Shown: piece by piece, positions 25,001 to 37,000 of the stretch
Layout of the letters: every line of letters begins with the position of its first letter
Numbering within the stretch: the stretch's first letter is position 1
Assembly (NCBI GenBank): GCA_000934665.2
Contig: KZ538631.1
Location: forward strand, 1-57,502
Reading direction: 5' to 3'
DNA from: Catajapyx aquilonaris
Taxonomy: Eukaryota
DNA: 57,502 nucleotides
Notes under the pieces: generated by a model
Seen by the model: only the letters and a program-made list of their open reading frames with translations
Database searches by the model: none
What the model was told of the DNA's origin: nothing
Made by a program: the position numbers and the translations under genes

Positions 25001-28000
25001 TAAGAGGGGGGGGGGGGGGGNGGGGGGGCTGAGGGTCGGATTACGCTTGCCTGCACTTGTGTCCGATAATAATTATTGGCGTCATTTAGCTGCACTATGG
25101 TGAAACACAAGGCATTACAAAGTACGTAATTAGCAAAAGCCCAATGACATGGCTGCCATCTTTGATATAGATATCAGCCATTAACTTAATGGCGTAATTT
25201 CTAAATTTCGCTTTTTACTTCCTAAATTGTAATGAATCGTCATGAATTTTTTGACACATCGGGCTGCTAGTGAACGACTACTAAACACGAATGTAACATT
25301 TCTGGACTTTGAATTTGGCGCATTACAGATGATTCATTGGAGGAAGTCATGAAAAAATGCAATAGATGCTGCCCTATGGCACTGGGTCAAAGGTTGGCTT
25401 TCGTGAAGCTGGCTATGGGAAAAAAAAGACAGCTGGCTCATGAACATGTGGCCAATGGCAAGGCCAGGGTTGTAAATATAATTGAACCCCACCTGCAAAA
25501 AATTTCTTATGGCGGTAACGGAAGGGTTAAGCATTACAAAGATTTTCATTCCATCCCAGACAACACTGCAGGATGTGAATAATATTGACTGAATATGTGG
25601 TAAAATACAATGTATTAGAATCGGCTCAAGCAAATCTGGATAGAGAATTCCTGGATTCTGACACAGAACCTTCCACAAACATTTCTACACATAGTTGCAT
25701 ATGACATTACTGCATAAAACTTATGAGAGTGGTTTGTTTATTTAGTTACGTATACAATCTGCAGAAAAATAATGTGCACAAAATTTGGTAGGGGGCAGAG
25801 AGGTTCTGGGCAATCATTTTTTGTGGAGGTGTCACTTGGTGTGCACAGCCTAGTTAGTTAGGTACATATCCACTCAAGTAAACTGTTGCATAATGTCATA
25901 TTCCTCTGGCACCACCATATCAAAACTGAATGTCAGTATGTCATTATCACTGCAAGTAAAACTATCCATGCATGTGGGCCATAAGCAAGCAAGAAACGCG
26001 TACCAGAAGTGACTGACACCATATATGATGGGTCAGAGTAGGTGTTCTCGGAAAGAAATAGACAAGCATGACTTCAGACCTTATGACTGTGTGGTAACTT
26101 GCAAACCTTCCAGGATATGCTCCTTCATTATAAATACTTTCCTTCATTCATTCATACTTTCATTTATTATATATAACCCCTCTGCCATCCCCTAAAGCAG
26201 TGGTTTCCGACCTTTTACCAACTGCGACCCCCTAAACATGTGACCCCCCCCCCCTGGCCCCTCCTACAACTGCTGTTTCCAGAAAAAATGCACTCTGTAC
26301 GGCCACAAAAATGGTTCAATTGACACAGAAATTGCAAAAAAAAAAAAAAAAAAAGTCGAACCAAGGCTTGTGACCCCCTGCGACCCTGCCCGCGACCCCC
26401 CGGTTGGAAACCGCTGCCCTAAAGCGCATCTTATTTTTCTGGGCTCTATTCATGTAAACAGTGTGATCCAAAATAATTGTCTGGTTGCTGTGGCCATTTC
26501 TTGGCATTACGCTGTTTATTTTGGCAGTTAGTTTTGCATAGTAACTTTTAATGGTCATCGAAAGTATTAGCTGTTAACTTTATGCCAAACATAATCATAC
26601 ATTCAAGCCCTGAACTGCACAGTACATCTGATTAGGAATTACCCATTGGAGCAATTGCCCTCATGTCAGTGACAGAACTCTATAGCTAATACTTTTGATA
26701 ACCATTTGAAGTCACTATGCAATACTTACTGCTAAAATAAGCAGCTTAGTGGCAACAAATATCCCTTGCAAATGGGAAAATATTTTGCATTACCATGTGT
26801 ATGCAGGGAGTTACTGAATTCAGCCAACAAACTTGCCGGGGTAATTGAGGGGGCCAAGACAAATATTTTTCACATATGAACCCACGTCTGGAAACGCCAT
26901 CTAGACGGGGACAATAGATGTGGAACGGGTGCGCTCAGATGCTTCCGGCGGGAGGCGCTAGGCTAGTGACTAGGTGGCACGCAGGTAGTAAACAACGGCG
27001 CAATTTTCAACAACATGGCAACAACAGAGCCACCTAGCAACTAAAGCCTGCTTGCTAGGTAGTGTGCGGATAGTAAACAATGGCTCTGTTGTTACTAGGT
27101 TATTGCGCATCGGCCGTTGTTTACTATCCACGCGCCCCGTAGCAACTAAACAGTCTGCTCGCCTAATGCCTCCTGCCTGACGTGTATGAGCACACCTGTT
27201 CCGTGTCTATTGACCCTTTCTAGATGGCGTTTTTGGACATGGGTTCTTAGGTTAAAAATATTTGTCCTGGTCCCCTCTATTACCCCTACAAGTTTGTTGG
27301 CTGAATTGAGAAACTCCCTGTATATAACATTCCAAGACTTTTTTGAAGATCAAATATTACATTTTGATAGTCTCATCAGACATAAGTGAAGAGAGCTGCC
27401 AAAAATGTGCTACCACCTTTAGTTGAAATCATGCACTTGGTGGACAATCAGCTACTTGAACTGATGCCTCTCATTTGTGTTATTACTGAGAAGTAACTGA
27501 AAAGTGTAATGTTCCATCTCTCATTACCATCTTCATTCTGGTCAGGTTTTACATGGTTATAACCCCCCCCCCCCATCAATCTTCCATNATCTTCCATCCT
27601 CATGTTTCAAATTATTATTGCATATGTCAGTGATCTGCACATTGGAGAATGTTGCTTATTTGTTTAAATTATAAGGGAAGGACCTTTTTATCATAATTTT
27701 ATTTTAATTGCAGGGTCGGGAAGCATAGCAGAAGATCTCTTCGAGCAAGTGATGGAAGAACTTGAAATGCAGTGCTGGGAGAAAATACAGGCCATCCTCA
27801 AGACAGAGGAAGGACTGGGGATTGAGTACGATGAGAATGTCATCTGTGATGTTTGCAGATCTGTAAGTATTGTAGGAGTACTGATACTGTCTGGGGAGTT
27901 GATCAGAGGCTAATAATAATAGCTACATGAAACCTAGAGACTGCATCTTCTGTGCCTTGCCTCCTCACTGTATCACAGATGTCACCATATATGCCTTTAG

Positions 28001-31000
28001 TTGGTGCTAACTGCAAAACACATGATCAGTGCTTTTGAACTTTTTTGTTGTTCTAGGATTCATTTTCGACTATAAAATTTGCCAGAACCCTACCTGTCGT
28101 GATGTTAACCTCATAACTCCACAGTACCTTGCTCTCAAAGCTTTTTAAAAATAGTGGTATTTAAGGCCCGTTGCATCCGCACAAGATTGAGGTTCAGGTA
28201 TGACTCAACCCATGTTATTAATATATTGTTAGTTCGTTGTTGCGAACAGTACCGAAGCAGGTTGCCATGGTGGATAAGGCATCCGACTGCTAATCGGGAG
28301 GTCCTGGGTTCGAATCCCAGGGCCGATGATCCTGACCGTGGTTTTCGGTGGTTTTCCACGGTCTCCCTAGGATAATATTCCAGGGTCGCTTCTGTATAAT
28401 AGGTCGCAGCCGCTTCCTTCCTTTCCTATCCTTGGAGGTTGAAGAGGCAATGCCGGGCCAACCTCCCTAATATCAATTATAAAGTGTTGCCAACAGTTAA
28501 TAACAAGGGTAGACCCTTACCTGAACCTCAATATTGTCCTGGTGCAACCAGCCCTAAGTGAATCCCCACCAGAAAAGGTTTGTTACTTCACAGGAGGCAA
28601 TATTTTGTAATTTGTTTCGGAACTTGTAAATGATTGATATTGGTGGACTTTGAGTGATGCCAACAGAAGACCAAAGCATGACATATGATGATTTTCATCT
28701 GACTTATTTGTAATTGTATCAACGCAAAATATACCATTATGAAAACTTGTGTAAGATATTGTGAATGAGGAGGGTTTTTTTTTTCCACTTGTGCTTCCTG
28801 CATTCAATCCCATAATCACATCATGTGGAAAGACTTTAGATGGGTTCTCACCATGTTTCATGAGTTTTCTTGAAGTAGAGCTCTACAATTTGAACTCTCT
28901 TTCTAGCCTGATTCTGAAGAGGGAAATGAAATGGTGTTCTGCGACGCTTGCAACATATGTGTACACCAAGCTTGTTACGGCATCACCACCATCCCCTCCG
29001 GTTCCTGGTTGTGCCAGACCTGCGCCCTCGGCATCAGACCTCCCTGCCTCCTATGCCCCAACAAGGGTGGAGCAATGAAGGCTGCCAGATCAGGGCAAAA
29101 GTGGGCACACGTCTCTTGTGCCCTTTGGATTCCTGAAGTCAGCATTGGGTGTGTTGAGAAGATGGAGCCCATCACCAAGATCTCCAGCATTCCGGTCAGT
29201 TGTGATATTTTTATATTTGCTTCTGCAGGCAGAGAAAGTAGGAGGCATCTAATTTGGTAGCCTCCTGCACATACACCCCGACAACTTATCTCAATTTTTA
29301 TAACCCTACACTTATAATGTTTGCTCCATAGACTTCATGTACGACGCAAAAGTGGGTACCTGTACCTAATGTCATTGATTGGGTTACCCAACAATTAATA
29401 AGAGCAAAACCCACTATGGTACAACCATTTTATGTTAGGAAACTTAGTGTGTCATATACAGTGAATCTTGTCCAATGTGGGCCTTGGATTCATAAAAGAC
29501 TAGTCCATTACCATACATTTGTTTGGTCCCATTGAAAGATTTTCAATGTATTGTTTTTTGTCAAATGTAATGGATGTATGGATAGAGAGATATTTATTAC
29601 CCCTCCAGTCAGGTGCATAACCTATAAATGGGGGGGAGAAGCAGGTATAACTATAACACTCATAGAGTGCGTTTACATGGGACTAAAAATCGGCTTAGCC
29701 TATGCTAGGCGAACCGGTTTACTCCCATGTAGCCGCTTGGCCTACGATAGACCGGCCTTATCTGAGCCGTTGTCGGGCGCAGCCCAAGCCTTTTGGATCG
29801 GGTGGTCTACGGAAGCCTGGGTCAGGCCGATTTTTAGTCCCATGTAGGCGTACTCATAGTGAAACATTCAAAGAACCATATCCAATAAGTCACCTGGTGT
29901 ACGTGCCAACACAGAAGTAGAAAGTAACATTTTATACAAGCCTTCCTATTCAGGCCACCTAGCCAAACAAGTCCATGTTATTTAATCGTGTGATATAGAG
30001 AGATAAACCACAAAAAAGAAACCAAAAAAAGAAAGAAAGACGGAAGATCTAGGGAGGAAGCGTTGGTGTTGGCTGAGCCATACCTGCATTACATAATGAT
30101 ATCGCAAAGTCTTCACCAAATCCACAAAAAACAAATAAAGCCTGTATAGAGACACTTTGTCAATCGGGTTGAAAATAAGACAGAGCTTGTCAGGGGGTGA
30201 CACGTGGTGTATCAGAGAGTCTTAAATATCTCGATTCTTGGGTAAATTGACAGTCATACAATAAGTGAAATATGGTGAGTTCATCTTGTACATTACAGAG
30301 AGAACAGTATTCCAGCTGACTGACCATTACCTTATAATGGTATACACAAAATACAAGGGAATTATTGTCAAATGTAATGGAAACCTGTTCATCATGGAAT
30401 AGGGCAAATTTGGCATACAGGTTTTACTGGATTTGATTTGTTACTTGCATTATTGTAAGGAAATCTTATGAGTTACCCTACCTGATAACATCTGTTAAGT
30501 GCAACAATTAAGATGATGATGATCGACATTGTTTATTAACTTTGGCATGTCTTCATACAGACAAGTCGTTGGCAGTTGGTTTGCGTCCTGTGCAAAACGA
30601 AGGAAGGTGCTTGCATCCAGTGTTCTGTAAAGACTTGCAAGACAGCCTACCATGTCACCTGCGCTTTCAAGCATTCCCTCGAGATGAAGGCGATCATCGA
30701 GGATGAGAATGCAGAAGATGGGGTCAAGCTACGGGTCAGTTTCTAAATTTGTGTAACCATTGTCCCAGAAGAGTTGCATTTACTTCATGGTTGTTTTGCT
30801 TCCAACAGTCTTACTGCCAAAAGCACAGCGTGAACAGTAAGAAAGAGAAGGCAGGTTCGGAGTCAGGCTCAGAAGATGAGGAGGGAAAGAAAAAAGGAAG
30901 GAAGGACACACCCATGTCGCAGGAGGATTGCAACCAGCGAAGAGCTGCCAAGTGAGTGTCTAGTGGACCATTATTGCTCCTGTTACACTTTTTATCATTT

Positions 31001-34000
31001 ATGGACTGGTGACCAAACCACTCACTCAATGGGTCTTTTCGCAGGCTAAACCAAATTGAGGCTGAATTTTACAAGCATGTAAGAGTATCAGAGGTGAGTC
31101 AGAATTTGGAAGTGGACCTCGACATAGTGGATCTTATCTTCAACTACTGGAAAATGAAGCGACGGGTGAGTCATGGTGCACAGCATTAACTTGGACTGTC
31201 ATCTTAGGTTTGGCACTAACTTGTGTTTCTATATTTGTCAATCTTAGTCTCTGTTCAACAAGCCGCTGGTTACCCCCAAAACTCAGGAAGTGGATCTCCT
31301 TAGCCAGCAGCAGGAACAAGATCTGGAGAGGATGAAAATGTTTGTTCAGCTGAGGCAGGATCTTGAGAGAGTAAGCATGGTGTATTTAGTTTTGGTGCTA
31401 CACCAAAATATCTGTCTTTAATTCTTCTTGATGCTGCCATAAAAATTCTCACCACTGCACATTCCACAAGAAAATCATTTTAAAACACAAGATGTCTGCA
31501 TCAAATTGTGAAGAATTTTGTTGCTTTACCTTTTCTGAGACAGCTAACTAAGATGCAGGGTCATGTGTGGGTACTTTATTCAGCATTTGTTTTCAGTACA
31601 CTTTTGTAATTTTTTGATGCAGTGACTAAATGGTTCATGTTTACATACATTAAATGAATAATTTCATTACCAGAGGTTGAACAGAATTATGCTTATCAAA
31701 TTAAAGTTATTGGTGTTTAATATAATTATGGTAACTTTGGTACTTTGTTGTATCCTTAATCATCTGGTTTCAATTGATTCCTTGTCACTAATACCCCCTT
31801 TCTTGACCATCAGGTGCGCAACTTGTGTTACATGGTCAGTCGTCGAGAAAAATTGTCCCGCTCATTCTTCAAGATGAGAGAGCAGACCTTTCATAAGCAA
31901 GCTGCTGTGCTCTCTGATCCCTCCCTGAGTCTGACCTCCCTTGAGGCCCAGGCAGTTGCAGAGGCCAACCATGGCACGTCAATCTATGATCGCCTCTACT
32001 CCCATCCATCCTCCTCTGCGCAAGATCGCCAGCCGTCAGAGTTTGCTTCTATAGTGGCCCGAATCTCTGGTGAAATTGAAGAATGCAATAGTAAGAGGGA
32101 AGCTCCGAACAAAGACCTGAATGGAATCAAGAAAGAAGCAGTACTTGGAGGGTATGCCAACCCGTACAAGCGGATGTATTTCAATGGGGTGAGGCAACGT
32201 CGTCGCCGTCGCAGTACCTCAGATGGGAGTCTCTCAGACACAGATAGTAGTATGGGCAGGGTGAAACCTCCAGACTCAAGCTCAGAGGATGAAAAACGTA
32301 AGAGGAACAAATCTGGAGCTTTAAGACAGATAGAGCGAGAGTTGTCAGAACGTAGTGCATCAAGCAGTGAATCTGATGAGTTGGTACTCCTGAAAGGGCC
32401 AGCAGTAGCACCAACACACACGGCACGTGATATCTATTCTGATTCAGACTCCTCAACATCACCTAAACCTGCTCCAAGCACTAAACCAGACGCCTCACCA
32501 CCCAGTTTCTTGCGTACAAAGGCTTCTGTGAAGGCATTTTCTGCGAAGATTGAAGCCCGTGCCGAAAAGCTGACACAGACCAAAAACTCCAAAGTGAGGC
32601 AGCGTCGCAGCAATGTGGAGAGCTTAAATACAGAAGAAGACAAGGATAAGGAAAACATAAAGTCACCACGCAAAAAAGATTTTGATGCCACAGAGCTGAT
32701 TGTGCCACAGAGGGAGGCAGCAAAGAAAGCAACTGAGTCTATGCGGCAGGGAGGCCAATCAAAGGCAACAGCATCGAAGGAGGCTGTGGTGCCAACTGTG
32801 GTTACAAATGAGGTTGAGTCATTGCGAGATGTGACGACATCGACAACTTCCAACAGTTTACCCAAAAGGAGGAGCCCTGAGCGGAAGAGAGTCAGAGCCA
32901 AGGCTAAGGACAGAGCAGCTGCAGCAGCCAATGCTGGTTCCAATGATGAAGACATCTATGAGTTTGACAAGGAGGCTGGGGACCTTCCAGAGATTTTGGC
33001 TTACGTCCCACAGAGGCAAGCAGCCAAGAAGGCAGCAGAACACATTAAGAGCATTGAAATGGATGGGACCAAAGGGAAGAAGGGTGTCAAAGGACAGAGG
33101 TCAGTAGTAGTAACAACTAATTATAAGATTTTATTAATTAAGATTTATATGTTCTACTGAGGATATATTTGCTTCTTTGTGTATACTCTGATGCACACTT
33201 AAAAGCAAATTGGTGTACTGTGGGAGGGCTGATGAGAATTGTCTCTGGTCATGGAGAGTTAAGAAAGGTTTGGCCATGACATACACTTGATTGTGTATGC
33301 GAACCTAGACCTAGAATGCACAGAACATTACAGTGTTTAATGAGAAAACAGATTTATTGCCTGAACGGGACGTTTGGATAAACCGAGGAGTCTGATAAAT
33401 GGGGTTCTACTGTATATTGAAAAAATAGGGTGCATCTTAGAATCAGGTAAAAACCATTCTATTTTTTGAGAATTAGACTACTTGAAATTAGGAGTGCTAC
33501 TTAGGTCGGGGATGACTTTGATTAGATTAAATGCGGTATATTACTTTAGGACGTTGGTCAGAGCAGCAGTCTCTTACTGCCAGCCCTTCAACACTAATTA
33601 TCAGAATTCCGCAGTAATAACTGTCCTTTCCATGGAATAATAACCATAACTGCACAATCACTGCTTATGAAGTGATAATAACAATGGCAACAAAAATGAC
33701 GTTAATCGAAATTGAAACAAAGTACAAGAAACATATAGGTATGCCACAATGCGGGTGTACACTGAAGTAGGAGAAGGAGTAAACCCTCAAGGAAAGCCTT
33801 TTCATTGGTAATGTCATATACAGAAAAACCTTGGCTCTCATGCTACATCTTCTTTATTATGTTTATTAGTTTGCATCAATTTCATCAATACTGTCAAATG
33901 TGACACAATATTATATTGATCCAATTTATTATTTTTTAAATAAGTGGGGTTCAAAAAATTTTGTGATGGAAATTTTGTGGTGCACGATTTTTACAAACCT

Positions 34001-37000
34001 GCCAAACCTGGTACAAGGCAAAAAATTGTTGGGAGTAGAACTCGAGCAACAAAAAAGGGGTGATGGGTATCACAAATTTTGGGCTTGAAAAGCATATGGA
34101 CATGAGGACACCAATTCAGAAACAGTTTAATGCAGCTTTAATTTTTCCTAGTTTAGGGCGAAATCTTGGGAATAACCTTTATGCTAACAAGGGGTGGGGC
34201 TCCTTAGCCGGTCCTTAGCCGAGCAACATGGCGGCTCTCTGCTTGGCCCCGTCTGCCCCCTCGCTCTACAGCTAATTAAATCAACATGCAATTGTATTTG
34301 TGACTGGCAAGTGGGAGAGCGGCTTCTATGATTTATGTGCTGCTGAGGCCCATAACATCACCAGGGAAAGGTCTTCCTCCTGTTGTGGGGGAGGGAAGGT
34401 TATCTATGGAATGTAAAGGCCACTAAGAGAAGGGCTTAGCTGCCCCCACAGCATGCAAAAAAGAGAAAGCTGATCTCTTCTGTTATTCTCTACCATGTTT
34501 ATGGTAGAAATGTTATGACGGTCCCTTAACTGATGAAACTTCCCAAGATTTTGCCCTTAATATTGTCCAGTATAGCAGAAACTTTTCTGTTATGGAACAT
34601 TTTCAAGGAATTGAAGGATTTTGCTACGTGCGGCTTTCATTGCACTGGCTTCTTGTGCATTCTGAATTGCCTGAAAGTGTGCATGTCATTTTTCATCAAA
34701 TGACTGGTAGATAATACAGGACAGCAAGGTATTTTTTTGGGCAGGTAATGACTGGAATGAAACAAGTTTGTCGTCTAATCCCTGGGTACCTCAAAACATT
34801 CATTTTTTTTTCACTTTAGGAAGTTCATGACAAAAAATATTCAACCTAATTTAATGGTAATTACACATTATGTACAAAATAAATCAGGATCAGGCTTGTT
34901 CTGTCCTTTTTCTTACGAAGTCATGAATGAAGAGGCCAAATATTGTAACAAATTCTTCATAATTTACATGCTCAAGCTTGAGCCCTTTCAGCATGCAGTG
35001 ATTTGTAGAATAATTGATCCAGACTTTACCGACGCCTTTGCCTGATTGGAGGAAAATTAACCTAACTTCCTTCCATCAGCAGCATTTTAAACACACACTT
35101 ATAATATTCATTACTTGATCTGCTGTCCCCTACTAAATTCCACAAAGTCGAACTTAATTGGACATTGAATTCATGAGAGTCTGTCACTCAAAATAATATT
35201 GAGATCTGGAATGGCTATTATTATGTTCTACTAATCATGACGAAGCACAGTGATGATTGGCAGAGCCACAGTATTAGTGTGTTAACCATTAATATAATTC
35301 ATAAGTCATGAAATTCACTGAACAAATATTCAATGCAAACTCTCCTGCCTATGTTACATAAAATTAAATCTTACAGTGTTCTAGTGGCTGCCACCGCAGC
35401 AGATGTAAAGGCACGCAAGAATACATCAAGGTCACCACGTACCAAACAGTCGCCAGCGTCTTCATCTCTCTTTGGGGAAACAAAATCTTCCTCGTCCACC
35501 TCATCATCATCTTCAGAGAGTGAAGCAGAGGTCAAGAAGGAACCATCAGCATCTGATGGGACAACAACTTCACCAAACAAATCAACCCGACCTGAGACGG
35601 ACTGGCCCTTTCTTGACACGGGTGACCAGTCCGTCAAGGGTGGGACTGCGTCGTCCTCGTCGTCGCGTCGGAAGGATGCATCTGTGGCACCGTCGACCAA
35701 ACGGTCGACACATGACCTCTTTGGGTCGAGCGATGATGATGACACCATCACTGCTCCAGCAGAGCCTCGCCGGCGGAAGACACATTCAACACCGACGAGA
35801 GATCTCCCTCCGAGAGGCACTTCAGTCACTGGCAAGTGCAAGGTGGAGCCCACCACCTCTGCCAGTGGTGCAGCCGCTGGTGGTGCAGCATCGCCGTCCC
35901 CTCCGGACAAGCCTACGCGCTCGCCCGTTGGCACTGCCGCCGCCCGCAAATCCAAAAGGTCACCAGACAAGAAGCTTAAAACTTCCGACAGGCGGCCTGA
36001 GACTGGATTTCGGGCGGCGGCTCCTTCGAGAGAGGAACGAGGGAGGCGGCGTGATCCAAGTGGCACTAACGCCAGTGGCAGCACCAATACCGAGGGGTCA
36101 CCACGATCAGGTGATATTCGACTCAGAGACACTAACAGCAGACTGGGAAATCAGACTTCACCTGGCACCGGTCGTAAGCAGAGAAGAGATAGAGAACAGG
36201 CCCCTAGTGCCACCACTGTCCCTTCCCCGACCAAAGGTACCAATGTCACAAAAGGTCTCAGGCGGAAGCCAAAACCCAACATTGTCACCCAAGAGGATGA
36301 GGACCAGAAACCAGTCCCGGAAGTACAGTCTCCGCGTAAAGGGAGAAAGCCAAATCGGGAGTGCAAACCGGGACGGAAGAAAAAGGAAGCTGAACCCACC
36401 AGAGAAGTTGCTACCTCAAAGGAAGAGAAGGCGGTGAAGCCAGTAAAGGAACTATCAACAAAAGTGTCGTCAGGAAAGGTGTCACCTGTGAAACTATCAC
36501 CAGCTAAGGTTTCACCATCAAGGCGATCATCTTCAGTTGAGGATCGTAGCAAGCAAAAGTGTCGCCCCATGCCCAAATGCAAGAAGAAGGAACTGGGGTT
36601 GATTAGTGAATCAGAATCTAACTCAACTGACAGTAGCACCACCTCAGAAGATGACAAGGAAAATGAAAAAGAACAACCAGACAGACCCAAGACACCAGAC
36701 GTAGTTGCACCACCACCACCACCAAAACGATCTGCTCCGTCACCAACACAGGAACCGGAGACCAAGAAGCTGAAAGTGGACATACCAGAAGCTAGTAAGT
36801 CAACCACACAGCGCTCTATATTCTCGCCCCAGGGCAAAGATGCAGATCTGTTAGACTTCGATAGTGATCTGTTTGACCTGGCCAAGAGTGTCACAGAGGA
36901 TTCTTTCATGAACTGTGATGTTGATGAACCACCACCTGGCTTATCATTCACATTTGCATCAGATATCTTCTACCGGGAAGACACTAAGGAAGACAGTGCT

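Noticed and set aside
25334..25678. Possible decayed coding or transposase fragment in an rno intron
   Set aside because: Frames are interrupted and I recognise no motif.
35250..35321. C/D snoRNA-like box pair (GTGATGA...CTGA); similar at 23549-23649 and 16880-16983
   Set aside because: No terminal stems or recognisable rRNA guide; such boxes are common by chance in AT-rich introns.
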